DNA of 35,844 nt. Origin: Nitrospinota bacterium (GTDB lineage: Bacteria > UBA8248). Position numbers and translations under genes: made by a program. The stretch is taken from assembly GCA_046581755.1 (NCBI GenBank), contig JAYGFR010000050.1, positions 1 to 35,844 on the forward strand, read 5' to 3'. The notes beneath the pieces were generated by a model. It made no database searches and was not told the DNA's origin. It saw only the letters and a program-made list of their open reading frames with translations. Below are positions 6,933-17,835 of this stretch, in pieces (position 1 is the stretch's first letter; the number at the start of each line of letters is the position of its first letter).

Positions 6933-9281
6933 ATGCATAACAAACCATTGTATTTATTTCGATTATTCATTCGCCAGGTTCTCCGCGGTTGTTTTTTGTG
7001 TATTCCTTTGGCAATCGTTGCATCTCCTGTTTCCGCCCAGGAAGGTGTTCCAGATCAAGACTCATCTCCTGGGTTTACCCCCGGGCCGAAAATATCCTCT
7101 CCACAGGAAGGGCTCCGAATCCTGCGGGACCCTCGTGCCGCGGCCGCTATTTCTGCAGACGAGCTTATGGAGGACCGGAAGCGCAAACGGATCATCGGAC
7201 GAGGCTTCATCGATCTCCGCTTCCGAAGCAAGCGCGTTCAAGCTGATCACATCGAAGTCCAAACCGAGACAAGAGACGCCGTCGCCATAGGTAATATTAT
7301 TTTTCAGTCAGGAAACGACCGAATCGTAGGAAGCCGAATTGAATTTAATCTCGATAGCGAAAAGCTTGTCATATATGACGCCCGCGGGTATATCGGGGCC
7401 ACCTATTACGTTACAGCAAACGTCATTCGTCGGATCGCTGAGGATCGTTATGAAGTTTTCGGTGGCACATTTACCACTTGCGAGGGAGACAATCCCGACT
7501 GGGCTTTTCAAACGAAAAAAGCCAGTTTCCAGATTGAGGGATATGCCAACCTCCAATCACCTATGATTTCCCTCAGGGGTATTCCTGCGGCCGCTCTCCC
7601 CTATGCCATTTTTCCAATCAAAACCAAACGAGCGACCGGCTTCTTAACACCTGCCGTTGGCTTGGGAAATAAAAACGGGCTCCAAATTTCTCCCCGATTT
7701 TTTTGGGCGATAAACAAATGGTCCGATGTGACACTCGGCCTGGATTATTTCACCCGCCGGGGCACTCGATATCTCGCTGAGTATCGGTATGCCCTCAGCG
7801 AAAACACCAGCGGAAAAATTCGCGCATCGACGCTCAAGGATTTAAGAGAAAAAACCACTCTTTGGGACATCAACGTGGCCCACGTTTCTCGTTTTCCGAG
7901 GAACAGGAGCGAATTTAAAGCCGTAGTCGAAGAAGCTTCGCGAGTGAGGGCTGACCGCTCCCTCGAAAATAATCTTGATTATCGGGTGCGCCAGGAGACC
8001 GATACACGCCTGACGTTCACCCATAACCTTCGCGATGTCCCCGGTCAGTTTTCGGTGGCCATGCGGCGGAGAGAGGGTCTTAGGGAGAATGACGGTCAAT
8101 TATTCCAGAGGTTTCCCGAGGCTTCCTTGGATATCGACCAGGCGCAAATTGGGACGAGCGATTTTCGCTTTAATTTGGACTCCTCGTTTGTTTCGTTTTT
8201 TCGTGTTCTGGATAATAACACCACGGTCCTTCAGCGCTTTGATATGGCTCCTTCGGTATCTCTTCCTCTCAGGGCCTTCCCATGGCTGGGAATCACCCCT
8301 CGGTTTGGCGTCAGATACACCTATTGGACAAACCAAAAGAGAAGCCCCGATGCGAACGACAACCCTGCCCGCGACGATCAGAAGGAAGCCGGGCTATCTC
8401 GCGAAATATGGTTCTCCACCGTTAATATCGTTGGCCCACGGCTCAGCAAAGTATACATTGGTGAAATCGGTCCATTTCGGGATTTCAAACACATTCTATC
8501 CTTTGAATCTGAGTATGCCTACACTCCTGCGATGGACTCGAAAGACAGGAGGCTCATCATTCCGATAGATAGCGTTGATGGCTTCGACGACAAAAACACC
8601 ATCCGCTACGGAATTGTAAACCGAGTACTAACGAAATTGAAGAAGGACAAAGGATCCCAATCCCACCAGTTGTTCGCCGCCAACCTTTTTCAAACGCTCA
8701 ACATCGACGAGGCCCGCCGGGAGCAAAATTTGGGAACCAATCCCCGGCGCTCCCTCGGGGATGCCGAATTGGTTTTCCAGGCTCGTCCCATTCCACTGGT
8801 TCGCCTTACGCATCTAACCAACTACAACGTCTATGAAGGAAAAATTGACAATTACACAACGGGCCTTCTTCTTGATGGTGGGAGGAACTGGTATTTTAAC
8901 GTGGATCGCACATGGAATCGCAGCCGAAGCGGCTCAGCGGACCCCCAGATTGGCCGAAGTGATTTTAATTTTTCTGGGGGGTATGCCCTTACGCGGCAAT
9001 GGTTCGTTGAATACCTTACACGGATCAATAACATCGAGAACGAAACGCTTGAGCAAAGCATGATTTTCCGTTACAGAGGGTGCTGCTGGGGATTCAATCT
9101 GAGTTTTACCGATACCCAGGATACGAGTGAGGTTTTTCTTACATTCATTATTCAGGGCCTGCTCGAAGGCGAAGGCGCACCAACCTTCAACCGCAGGCAG
9201 AAAATTAACCGGAGAGGACGCCTTTTGGGCGGCGGGCCCTTTTCTCCTTTCAAATTCGACGACCCGGGAGAAAGTCCATAA
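6933..9281 (+). CDS. lptD: LPS-assembly outer membrane protein LptD
   Basis: 782 aa. Signal peptide (..ASPVSA|QE), OstA-like N-domain, FTTC...PDW, KTKRATGFL.P, beta-barrel pattern, C-terminal Y..CCW motif. Confidence 0.88.
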   Translation: MHNKPLYLFRLFIRQVLRGCFLCIPLAIVASPVSAQEGVPDQDSSPGFTPGPKISSPQEGLRILRDPRAAAAISADELMEDRKRKRIIGRGFIDLRFRSKRVQADHIEVQTETRDAVAIGNIIFQSGNDRIVGSRIEFNLDSEKLVIYDARGYIGATYYVTANVIRRIAEDRYEVFGGTFTTCEGDNPDWAFQTKKASFQIEGYANLQSPMISLRGIPAAALPYAIFPIKTKRATGFLTPAVGLGNKNGLQISPRFFWAINKWSDVTLGLDYFTRRGTRYLAEYRYALSENTSGKIRASTLKDLREKTTLWDINVAHVSRFPRNRSEFKAVVEEASRVRADRSLENNLDYRVRQETDTRLTFTHNLRDVPGQFSVAMRRREGLRENDGQLFQRFPEASLDIDQAQIGTSDFRFNLDSSFVSFFRVLDNNTTVLQRFDMAPSVSLPLRAFPWLGITPRFGVRYTYWTNQKRSPDANDNPARDDQKEAGLSREIWFSTVNIVGPRLSKVYIGEIGPFRDFKHILSFESEYAYTPAMDSKDRRLIIPIDSVDGFDDKNTIRYGIVNRVLTKLKKDKGSQSHQLFAANLFQTLNIDEARREQNLGTNPRRSLGDAELVFQARPIPLVRLTHLTNYNVYEGKIDNYTTGLLLDGGRNWYFNVDRTWNRSRSGSADPQIGRSDFNFSGGYALTRQWFVEYLTRINNIENETLEQSMIFRYRGCCWGFNLSFTDTQDTSEVFLTFIIQGLLEGEGAPTFNRRQKINRRGRLLGGGPFSPFKFDDPGESP

Positions 9282-9340
9282 TCTAGGCAATATTCGAAGT
9301 TGAACGATTCGGCGAGCAAACAACATGTTCACCCACCGAA

Positions 9341-9369
9341 TTGCTTCCATTTGATTTGTTCCATATTCT
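9341..9369 (+). promoter_or_regulatory. Putative sigma-70 promoter for ugd-uxs-radC
   Basis: TTGCTT (9341-9346), 17-nt spacer, TATTCT (9364-9369). Confidence 0.5.
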
Positions 9370-9401
9370 GGCGGGAAAAAAATAAAAGGGAATTTTCACT
9401 T

Positions 9402-10739
9402 ATGCAAATTTGCATTGTTGGATGCGGCTATGTCGGACTCGTTACATCAGCCGTTTTTTCAGATATGGGGAACAACGTTATTTGCGTGGACTCCAATGAA
9501 AAGCGCATCGAATCACTAGATTCGGGAAAATGCCCAATTTTCGAACCCGGTTTGCCGGAGTTGCTTGAGCGGAATATGCGCGAGGGCCGGCTTAAATTCA
9601 CCACCTCAACTCCATATGGGGTAGAAGAAAGCGAAATAGTATTTATCTGTGTGGGCACTCCTCCAGAAGAAAATGGAAGAACTGACCTTTCCCAAGTGGA
9701 ATCGGCAGCCAAGGAAATCGCCCACGCATTGAACGGACACAAAATAATTGTGAATAAAAGCACCGTCCCTGTTGGAACGGGCGACTTCGTACGCCGGACC
9801 ATCGAAAACATAAGGGGCGGCAACGGGACGTTTGATGTCGTAAGCAACCCCGAATTCCTCCGCGAGGGACAAGCCATTCGCGATACCCTCCAACCCGATC
9901 GAATCATCATTGGAACATCGTCGGAAAATTCGGCATCCCGCCTCCTCGAACTCTACCGCCCCCTGGATTGCCCCGTTCTCGTTACAGACATCTTGAGTGC
10001 CGAAATAATTAAATATGCATCGAACGCCTTACTTGCGACGAAAATCAGCTTCATCAATGCAGTGGCTGACCTGTGCGAAGAGACCGGAGCGGATGTAAGG
10101 GACGTCGCTAGAGGCATGGGTGCCGATAAACGGATTGGGCCGAGTTTCATCGAGGCCGGATTGGGGTACGGTGGTTCCTGTTTTCCCAAGGACCTGGAAT
10201 CCCTCGTTTACACCTCAAACGAATTCGGCGCCCGCTTCAAACTGCTCGAAGAGGTTGTCGCCATAAATGACGACCGAGTCCCCCGGCTGGTGAACCGTAT
10301 TATCCATCGGATAGGAGTCGGGGGAGACCGGCCATTGAAGAAAAATACCGTCGCCATTTTGGGTCTCGCCTTCAAACCCGACACCGACGATATGCGCGAA
10401 GCCAAGAGCGTAAAACTTTGCCGCCTCCTATTAGATGCCGGCGCACATCTTCGTGCCTACGATCCCATTTCCACGGCCAATGCCAAAATGATAATCGGCG
10501 AGGAAGGCATTGATTATTGCAAAGGGGCCTACGATGCCGCCAAAGGGGCGGATGCCGTCGTAATCGTGACCGAATGGCGGGAGTTCATTCAACTGGACCT
10601 GAACCGCCTAGGGGAATCGCTCACCGAGGCAGTTATCTTTGATGGCCGGAACATTTACACACCGGATGAGGTGACCCGGGCCGGAATTGAATACCACTGC
10701 ATCGGGCGGCCAACAGCATACCCAAGTGGGAGTCATTAG
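9402..10739 (+). CDS. ugd: UDP-glucose 6-dehydrogenase
   Basis: GCGYVG Rossmann motif, [17 protein letters not shown], catalytic [26 protein letters not shown]. Start moved to ATG 9402. Confidence 0.95.
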   Translation: MQICIVGCGYVGLVTSAVFSDMGNNVICVDSNEKRIESLDSGKCPIFEPGLPELLERNMREGRLKFTTSTPYGVEESEIVFICVGTPPEENGRTDLSQVESAAKEIAHALNGHKIIVNKSTVPVGTGDFVRRTIENIRGGNGTFDVVSNPEFLREGQAIRDTLQPDRIIIGTSSENSASRLLELYRPLDCPVLVTDILSAEIIKYASNALLATKISFINAVADLCEETGADVRDVARGMGADKRIGPSFIEAGLGYGGSCFPKDLESLVYTSNEFGARFKLLEEVVAINDDRVPRLVNRIIHRIGVGGDRPLKKNTVAILGLAFKPDTDDMREAKSVKLCRLLLDAGAHLRAYDPISTANAKMIIGEEGIDYCKGAYDAAKGADAVVIVTEWREFIQLDLNRLGESLTEAVIFDGRNIYTPDEVTRAGIEYHCIGRPTAYPSGSH

Positions 10740-11698
10740 TGCGCATTCTGGTCACGGGAGGGGCCGGATTTATTGGGTCCCACCTTTGCGACTCCCTCCT
10801 GGATCGGGGAGACGAAGTCCTATGTCTCGACAATTTTTTAACGGGCAGGCGCTCGGTCGCCAACGAACTGCAAAGCCGCCACGGGAAACGTCTTAGTCTC
10901 GTCGAACATAATATCAGCGAACACATTAATATCGATGGACCGGTGAACGCTATCTATCACTTGGCCAGTCCCGCAAGTCCCATTGACTACCTCAAGTTTC
11001 CCATCCAGACTCTAAAGGTAGGCGCCCTTGGCACTCATAACGCTCTTGGACTGGCGCTCGCAAAAAAAGCCGTATTTTTGCTGGCATCCACCTCCGAGGT
11101 GTACGGCGACCCTGAAATTCATCCTCAAACCGAGGACTATTGGGGAAACGTGAATCCCATTGGCCCGCGCGGCGTGTACGATGAGGCAAAGCGGTTCGCC
11201 GAGGCCATTACCATGGCCTATCATCGTGCCCACGGGCTCGATATCCGCATTGCCCGCATTTTCAACACTTTCGGGCCACGCATGCGGCTAGCAGACGGGC
11301 GCGCAATTCCGGCCTTTCTTTGCCAAGCCCTCCGGGGCGAGCCGCTGACCATTTTTGGGAACGGCACCCAGACGCGGAGTTTTTGCTACATTTCGGATCT
11401 GGTGAATGGCCTGATACGCCTAATGGAAAGCGACGTTCGCAAACCAGTGAATATTGGCAATCCCAACGAGATGACGATCCTCAAGGTCGCTGAAAGGATT
11501 CGGGAATTGACGGGAACCTCCTCACCCATCGAGCACTGCCCCCTGCCGGAGGACGACCCGAAAGTCCGCCAGCCAGATATTTTCCGCGCCAAGGAGCTTT
11601 TGGGATGGGAGCCCAAGGTTGGGTTCGAAGATGGAATCCGTTCCACCTTGGAGGATTTCCGCAGACGAATCGAGCAGGGAGAGGAGATGGCCTCTTGA
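10739..11698 (+). CDS. UDP-glucuronate decarboxylase (UDP-xylose synthase-like SDR)
   Basis: [64 protein letters not shown] overlap with ugd. Confidence 0.92.
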   Translation: MRILVTGGAGFIGSHLCDSLLDRGDEVLCLDNFLTGRRSVANELQSRHGKRLSLVEHNISEHINIDGPVNAIYHLASPASPIDYLKFPIQTLKVGALGTHNALGLALAKKAVFLLASTSEVYGDPEIHPQTEDYWGNVNPIGPRGVYDEAKRFAEAITMAYHRAHGLDIRIARIFNTFGPRMRLADGRAIPAFLCQALRGEPLTIFGNGTQTRSFCYISDLVNGLIRLMESDVRKPVNIGNPNEMTILKVAERIRELTGTSSPIEHCPLPEDDPKVRQPDIFRAKELLGWEPKVGFEDGIRSTLEDFRRRIEQGEEMAS

Positions 11699-12384
11699 AA
11701 AAAAAAGAGTCCAATAAAACATTGGCCACCTCTGAACGCCCCAGGGAAAGACTGCTTGAAAAAGGCGGTGAGGCCTTAAGCAATGCCCAGTTGCTGGCTA
11801 TTCTTTTGAGAACAGGTGATCAGGGCGTTTCCGCACTCGACCTCGCCATTGATTTGATCGATCGCTTCGAAGGTTTCGCCGGGCTGGAAAGCGCCTCCGT
11901 CCCCGAACTCTGCGAACTAAAGGGTATGGGACCCGCCAAGGCAGCTCAGATCAAGGCGGCTCTCGAAATTTCCCGGAGAATCGGTCCCAGCAGAGAAACC
12001 AGCAAACCTTCGTTTCATAGCGCTTCGGTTGTATTCAGCTTCTTATCTCCTGCCATGGGTGGACTCTCCCATGAAGAATTTCGGGTGCTTCTCCTCGATA
12101 CGAAGCACCGCCTGATGCGAGAAATTACCATCTCGCGGGGAACCCTGTCTGGCACCTCAGTGGACCCCCGCGAAGTGTTCAGCCAGGCGATCAGGGAAAA
12201 GGCTGCTGCTGTGGTTTGCGGCCATAACCATCCCAGTGGAGACCCCTCACCCTCGCCCGAGGACCACGCACTGACAGGGCGGCTGTTGAAATCGGGAAAA
12301 CTGCTGGGAATTCCTCTTTTGGATCATGTAGTCGTGGGGAGATCCGGCTATTTTAGCTACGATGAGGAGGGGTGGCCATGTTGA
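11695..12384 (+). CDS. radC: RadC family JAB-domain protein
   Basis: [16 protein letters not shown], Hh[26 protein letters not shown]. Start moved to TTG 11695 (GAGGAG SD, TTGA overlap). Confidence 0.93.
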   Translation: MKKKESNKTLATSERPRERLLEKGGEALSNAQLLAILLRTGDQGVSALDLAIDLIDRFEGFAGLESASVPELCELKGMGPAKAAQIKAALEISRRIGPSRETSKPSFHSASVVFSFLSPAMGGLSHEEFRVLLLDTKHRLMREITISRGTLSGTSVDPREVFSQAIREKAAAVVCGHNHPSGDPSPSPEDHALTGRLLKSGKLLGIPLLDHVVVGRSGYFSYDEEGWPC

Positions 12385-12487
12385 AAAGGGAAATCAAGAT
12401 CAGCTAGATTGCAACTGCTAGGTGCTCCTTTATTTTTTTTCCGCTCCAAGCCGATGTCGCCTGGGTGACCAGGTAGCGAGGGATCCT

Positions 12488-13072
12488 GTGATATTTTCCG
12501 CTCACGAATTTCTGGCCGGGCGTGCGCGCCAGTTCGAGGCCATCTCGGGCAGCGATTATTCCAACCAAGTCGAATTGCTTGCTGGTGCCGCTGTGGCCTG
12601 TCTTCAGGCGGGGGGGAAAATTCTTGTTTTTGGGAACGGAGGTAGCGCCGCGTTGGCCACCCACTTCTCGGGCGAGTTGGTGGGCCGATTTTCAAGGGAG
12701 CGCCGCCCACTCCCGGCCATCTCCCTGGTTGCCGATATCAGCACTCTCACTACTATCGGCAACGATTACGACTACGGGGAAATTTTTTCAAGACAGATCG
12801 AAGCCCATGGGCGCAAAGGCGACCTAGCGCTAGGATTAACCACAAGCGGCAACTCGCCAAACGTGGTCTCCGCCCTGAAGCGTGCTAAAGCGCTTGAGGT
12901 ACGATCCGCAGTCCTTTCCGGAAAATCGGGAGGTCTCGCCGCCAAGGCGGCCGATTTGGCCGCCATCGTTCCCTTTCAAGACACCGACTTCATCCAGGAA
13001 GCGCACGAAGCGGCGGTTCACTACATGTGCCACCGAATCGATGAGATTTTTTGCGAGGGCCCCGGAAAGTGA
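12488..13072 (+). CDS. gmhA: D-sedoheptulose 7-phosphate isomerase
   Basis: GNGGSA, EL.GRF..ER..LPA, GNDY.Y..IF.RQ, TTSGNS.NV, IQEAH. Start uncertain (GTG 12488 chosen; ORF open from 12422). Confidence 0.9.
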   Translation: MIFSAHEFLAGRARQFEAISGSDYSNQVELLAGAAVACLQAGGKILVFGNGGSAALATHFSGELVGRFSRERRPLPAISLVADISTLTTIGNDYDYGEIFSRQIEAHGRKGDLALGLTTSGNSPNVVSALKRAKALEVRSAVLSGKSGGLAAKAADLAAIVPFQDTDFIQEAHEAAVHYMCHRIDEIFCEGPGK

Positions 13073-14535
13073 CTAACTCCCTCTCTCTCCTCACAAACAA
13101 AAAACCGACTATCCTTGTTGCGGGCGATTTAATTCTTGATCGCTACATTTGGGGGGATGTGGAGCGAATCTCGCCCGAGGCGCCCGTCCAGGTCCTCAAG
13201 TGGAAGAAAGAGCAGGAAACCCTCGGCGGTGCCGCCAACCTCGCGAATAATTTGGCTTCCTTGGGATGCAGCGTTCGTGTGCTGGGCCTGATTGGAGACG
13301 ACGCCGAGGGCGAGTGCCTCGAAAACCTGGCACTTGAAGCGGGCTTGGAGATCCGCTTCATCCAGCGGACCGCAGGCAGGGTGACAGTTACGAAAACCCG
13401 ATTTATCGGGAGAAGCCAGCAAATCCTTCGAGTAGACCGGGAAGAAGATACAGCCATTTCAATTGAATATCAAAGTTCGCTTCTTGACGCCCTCCCAGAT
13501 GCTCTTGAGGGTGTGGACGGTATCATTTGCTCGGATTACCTCAAGGGTGCGCTTTCGCCCACTTTCATGAAAACCTTGGTTACGGTTGCGGAGAAGCGAG
13601 GCCTTTTGATCGTGGCCGACCCCAAAGGAAGCACCTATTCAAAATATAATGGGGTGACAGCCATCACCCCCAATCTCGCCGAAGTTTCCCTGGCCACGGG
13701 GATGCCGCTCAATAGTGAAGAGGAGATTGACCGGGCGGCATGCGCGCTTTTTGCGTCCCTGGCGTGCGATTTGATTCTTATCACACGCGGACCAAGGGGA
13801 ATGACGCTGTTCGAAAAAGGTGGGCGGCTCGCGAACGAACCCGCCAATACACTGGAGGTCTATGACGTTACAGGCGCAGGGGATACCGTGACCGCTCTTT
13901 TCGGGCTCTCACTGATTCAGGGCATCCTCCCGGCTGAAGCTGCACACGTGGCCAATATAGGGGCAGGAATCGTGGTCGGTAAAATGGGCACCGCCACGGT
14001 AAGTCTCCAGGAGATGGAGGCCGCTCTTTCGGGAGAAGGCGAGCGGAAGGTTCTCAGCCGATTGGATGTCTCCAATTGCCTCCAAGCCGAGCGGGCCAAG
14101 GGTAGACAGGTGGTTTTTACGAACGGTTGCTTCGACCTCCTCCATGTTGGACATATCCAGTACCTCCAACAGGCGAGAAACCTGGGGGACCTGCTAGTCG
14201 TTGGTCTCAACGATGACGCCTCGGTGGGGCGGGTAAAGGGGGAGGGACGGCCTCTGATTGAAGAGCGGCAAAGGGCAGAACTCCTGGCAGCGCTCACGTG
14301 TGTGGACTATGTGGTCTATTTCCCGGAAGACACTCCTGATGACCTGATCCAGGCCCTTCGGCCTGACATACTGGTGAAGGGAGGTGATTATTCCCGCGAT
14401 CAGGTTGCTGGCCGCGCATTCGTAGAGTCCTACGGAGGCCGCGTGGAAGTGCTCCCCTTTGTGGGCGGCGTTTCGACTACCCAAATCGTTAAATCGATTA
14501 TTGAACGCTATAGCGGTTGTACGGACCAGAAATGA
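13069..14535 (+). CDS. hldE: Bifunctional heptose 7-phosphate kinase / heptose 1-phosphate adenylyltransferase
   Basis: GD.ILD.Y..G.V.RISPEAPV, GGAAN, SDY.KG, DPK, TPN, DVTGAGDT, then FTNGCFDLLH.GH, KGGDY, STT. GTGA overlap with gmhA. Confidence 0.95.
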   Translation: MTNSLSLLTNKKPTILVAGDLILDRYIWGDVERISPEAPVQVLKWKKEQETLGGAANLANNLASLGCSVRVLGLIGDDAEGECLENLALEAGLEIRFIQRTAGRVTVTKTRFIGRSQQILRVDREEDTAISIEYQSSLLDALPDALEGVDGIICSDYLKGALSPTFMKTLVTVAEKRGLLIVADPKGSTYSKYNGVTAITPNLAEVSLATGMPLNSEEEIDRAACALFASLACDLILITRGPRGMTLFEKGGRLANEPANTLEVYDVTGAGDTVTALFGLSLIQGILPAEAAHVANIGAGIVVGKMGTATVSLQEMEAALSGEGERKVLSRLDVSNCLQAERAKGRQVVFTNGCFDLLHVGHIQYLQQARNLGDLLVVGLNDDASVGRVKGEGRPLIEERQRAELLAALTCVDYVVYFPEDTPDDLIQALRPDILVKGGDYSRDQVAGRAFVESYGGRVEVLPFVGGVSTTQIVKSIIERYSGCTDQK

Positions 14536-15542
14536 AACCGAAAAAAAATTCAAATTTGCCTGTCATCGTGACTGGCGCCGCGGGCTTTATCGGGGCCCGG
14601 CTGGCCTCGCGCCTGCTCGGTGATGGCATCCGCGTGATCGCGGTTGACGAAATATCCAATTTCGAATCGCGCCCTGAAATTACCTCAATCTATCAAGACA
14701 AGGCTCCCGAGAAGACAATCGGAAGGGACAATTTTCCGGATTGGCTCGATAGCAGATCAGGCAGCAAAATTGCCGGCATCATTCATATGGGCGCTTGTAC
14801 GGACACGACCCAGTATGACGAGATCTACCTTGACAAAGTAAACACGGCCTATACGCGTCGAGTTTGGAATTCTGCCGCGAAATTGGGGTTGCCTCTCCTT
14901 TACGCGAGCAGTGCGGCGGTGTACGGTGACGGGTCTATGGGCTATGACGATGAGATATTGCCTAATATGTTTTCCCCCCTTAATCCCTATGGGGAATCGA
15001 AACATCGATTCGACGTTTGGGCCCTGGGCGAAGGGCAAAAAGCCCGGCCGCCCAGCTGGTCTGGTTTTCGCTTTTTCAATGTATACGGCTTTGGCGAAGC
15101 CCACAAAAAAAGGATGGCCAGCGTTCTTTATCAAGCCTTTGTGCAAATTCTCGAACAAGGCGAAGTCCACCTGTTCCGATCCCATAAAGAGGGAATCGCC
15201 GATGGCCATCAGAGCCGAGACTTCATATTTGTCGAGGATGTCGTGGATGTTCTCGCCCACGTTTGGCAAAGTGGCCTCCCAGATGGCATATACAACCTAG
15301 GAACCGGTCGGGCGTGCACCTTCCTGGACTTGGCAAACGCGGCCTTTGCCGCGCTGGAAAGGGAAGTCAAGATTCGATTTATTGATACACCCGCGCAAAT
15401 CCGCCCAAGATATCAGTACTTCACCGAAGCGAGAATGGGGAAACTAAAACGGGGCGGCCACATCTCCTCGTTCACCTCTATCGAAGAGGGGGCGAGGCGG
15501 TATTGGGATCGCCTCAAAAAAGAACTGCCCGCCAATGGGTAG
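14532..15542 (+). CDS. hldD: ADP-L-glycero-D-manno-heptose 6-epimerase
   Basis: VTGAAGFIG, H.GAC..T, YASSAAVYG, PLNPYG.SK, FFNVYG..E.HK..MAS, RDFIFV.D, YQYFT.A. ATGA overlap with hldE. Confidence 0.92.
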   Translation: MKPKKNSNLPVIVTGAAGFIGARLASRLLGDGIRVIAVDEISNFESRPEITSIYQDKAPEKTIGRDNFPDWLDSRSGSKIAGIIHMGACTDTTQYDEIYLDKVNTAYTRRVWNSAAKLGLPLLYASSAAVYGDGSMGYDDEILPNMFSPLNPYGESKHRFDVWALGEGQKARPPSWSGFRFFNVYGFGEAHKKRMASVLYQAFVQILEQGEVHLFRSHKEGIADGHQSRDFIFVEDVVDVLAHVWQSGLPDGIYNLGTGRACTFLDLANAAFAALEREVKIRFIDTPAQIRPRYQYFTEARMGKLKRGGHISSFTSIEEGARRYWDRLKKELPANG

Positions 15543-15621
15543 TGAACATCCGCCGCTCAGGCCGGCAAGGAATGCTTTTTGAAGAGTTTTTCGACCCGCC
15601 CCTCTAAGGGAATTTATAACA

Positions 15622-16458
15622 GTGAAAATTGGACTGCTCGGCAGCGGGAGCGGTGGGAACTCGCTCCTTGTCTGTTCGGGAGGGTCCTCGCTTTTGATCG
15701 ACGCCGGGCTAAGCGGCAAGGAAATCACTACCCGGATGGGCTTGCTGGGGGTCTCCCCTTCGGAGTTGCTGGGCATAGTGCTGACTCACGAGCACTCCGA
15801 CCATATCCGCGGCGTGGGTCCGCTCGCTAGGCGGTTCGGCCTCCCGGTATGGACCAACCTGCCAACTTTGGAGGCGGGCAAAAGCGCGCTGGGCGCCCTT
15901 CCTCACTGGGAACCGGTCGAGATTGGCGTTCCATTCGAAATTGGAGACGTGTGGCTGGATCCGTTCAGTATCCCCCACGACGCGGCTGACCCATTCGGCC
16001 TCACCATAAAATCGCGGCAGGGATATCGGGTTGGGCTGGCGACCGACATGGGCTTCGTAACCCAACTTGTCCGTTCAAGGCTGATGGGCCTCCAGGGCCT
16101 TATCCTCGAATTTAACCATGATCTGTCAATGCTGCTCGATGGACCCTACCCATGGCCGATCAAGGAGCGCATCCGGGGGAAACTCGGTCATCTGAGTAAT
16201 GAAGACGCAGCTAGCCTATTAGAAGAAATCGCCTCCGATGACCTGGAGTGGGTGATATGCGCCCACGTAAGTAGAGAGAACAACGAACAGAAAATTATCG
16301 TCCAAAAAGCCCAAGGTGCCTTGAATGGAAAATCAGGCCTTTTGACCCGACCTTCTTTGGCCTCTCTTTTTGTGGCCTCTCAAACAGAACCAACGCCCCT
16401 TTACGGCCCCTCAGGAAGAAATCTTCCAATGGTGAGATATGGGGAGGAGAAGGTGTGA
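15622..16458 (+). CDS. MBL-fold metallo-hydrolase (YycJ/WalJ-like)
   Basis: LGSGS.GN, LIDAGLS, THEHSDH, PHDA.DP, TD.G, E.NHD..ML..GPYPW..K.RI...GHLSN. Confidence 0.88.
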   Translation: MKIGLLGSGSGGNSLLVCSGGSSLLIDAGLSGKEITTRMGLLGVSPSELLGIVLTHEHSDHIRGVGPLARRFGLPVWTNLPTLEAGKSALGALPHWEPVEIGVPFEIGDVWLDPFSIPHDAADPFGLTIKSRQGYRVGLATDMGFVTQLVRSRLMGLQGLILEFNHDLSMLLDGPYPWPIKERIRGKLGHLSNEDAASLLEEIASDDLEWVICAHVSRENNEQKIIVQKAQGALNGKSGLLTRPSLASLFVASQTEPTPLYGPSGRNLPMVRYGEEKV

Positions 16459-17756
16459 TCCCACGCTATACGCTGCCGGTAATGGGTCGTATTTGGGAAG
16501 AGCGCGAAAAGCTCCAGCGCATGCTCGATGTCGAGATCGCTGTCTGTGAAGAGCTCGCCACACGCGGTGAAATTCCAGCCGATGCGCTTGATGCGATCAA
16601 ATCAAAGTCCGCATTCGACCCCAAACGCATCCGCGAGATTGAGCAGGTGACGAAACACGATGTCATCGCGTTTCTTACCAATGTCGCTGAAAACGTAGGC
16701 CCTTTCTCCCGTTTTATTCACCTGGGGCTGACGAGCAGCGATGTCCTCGACACCGGGCTGGCACTTCAACTCGTTTCAGCAGCCAACCTCATCATCAATC
16801 GCCTCTCTGTCCTCCAGGACACCCTCCGCCGACGGGCGCTGGAACACCGGCGTACGTTCATTGCCGGTCGCACTCACGGGATGCACGCCGAACCCACCAC
16901 TCTGGGGCTCAAGATCGCCGGATGGTACACCGAATTCGGACGCGCCGAAGAACGCATGAGAAAAGCGCGCGAAGTGGTCCGTGTCGGTCAAATATCGGGT
17001 GCCGTCGGCGCCTGCCCCCATATTGCGCCGGATGTAGAAGAAGCCATCTGCCGCCGCCTAGGGCTCCAGGTGGACTTAGTCAGCTCCCAAGTCATTCAAC
17101 GGGATCGCCATGCCGAATTCATGACGGCCCTGGCCCTCATTGCGGCGAGCATCGCACGCGTTGCGACCGAGGTTCGCCACCTTCAGCGCACCGAGGTTGG
17201 TGAGGCCGAGGAATATTTCAGTCCAGGACAGAAGGGCAGCTCGGCCATGCCCCATAAGCGGAATCCTATAATTTCCGAGCAGTTGAGCGGGCTGAGCCGG
17301 CTTGTCCAGTCCAACGCCATTGCGGCCCTACAAAATGTCCCGCTCTGGCACGAGCGAGACATTAGTCATTCATCCGTCGAGCGTGTCATTCTGCCCGACA
17401 GCACGATTCTCATCGACTACATGCTCGACAAGCTGAATTCACTGATTGATAAATGGGTGATTTATCCAGAGCGCATGATCGAAAACTTGGAACGCTCAGG
17501 CAATCTTCTATGTAGCGAGCACGTCATGTTAGCACTCGTGCGCAAGGGTCTCATGCGCGAAGAAGCCTACGCCCGGGTTCAGGGTCCGGCTATGGAGGCA
17601 ACTGCGGAAAAAAGCGACTTTCGAGAAAAACTGGTGGCCAACCCGAATATTGGCGGCTTCATCGGAAAAGAAGAACTCGCCCAATGCTTTGATATAAATG
17701 AACATTTCAAGAACATTGACGCAATTTTTGAGCGCGTTTTTGGACCCAAAACCTAA
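16455..17756 (+). CDS. purB: Adenylosuccinate lyase
   Basis: MIPRY, HDVIAF, H.GLTSSDV.DT, GRTHG.HAEP, GSSAMPHKRNP signature, WHERDISHSSVER. Confidence 0.97.
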   Translation: MIPRYTLPVMGRIWEEREKLQRMLDVEIAVCEELATRGEIPADALDAIKSKSAFDPKRIREIEQVTKHDVIAFLTNVAENVGPFSRFIHLGLTSSDVLDTGLALQLVSAANLIINRLSVLQDTLRRRALEHRRTFIAGRTHGMHAEPTTLGLKIAGWYTEFGRAEERMRKAREVVRVGQISGAVGACPHIAPDVEEAICRRLGLQVDLVSSQVIQRDRHAEFMTALALIAASIARVATEVRHLQRTEVGEAEEYFSPGQKGSSAMPHKRNPIISEQLSGLSRLVQSNAIAALQNVPLWHERDISHSSVERVILPDSTILIDYMLDKLNSLIDKWVIYPERMIENLERSGNLLCSEHVMLALVRKGLMREEAYARVQGPAMEATAEKSDFREKLVANPNIGGFIGKEELAQCFDINEHFKNIDAIFERVFGPKT

Positions 17757-17835
17757 TGATCTTCCCGGAGCGTCCTGTGATAGGATCATCATTCCCTGCC
17801 GGCTTTTCCGTATGGCGGAAAATGGAGCGATAATA

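Noticed and set aside
9300..9401. N-terminal extensions given by the ORF track for ugd (and likewise radC, purC, purQ, purF, pssA, hldE, hldD, ilvH2, bamD)
   Set aside because: Downstream starts fit the family N-termini, SD positions and stop/start overlaps better.
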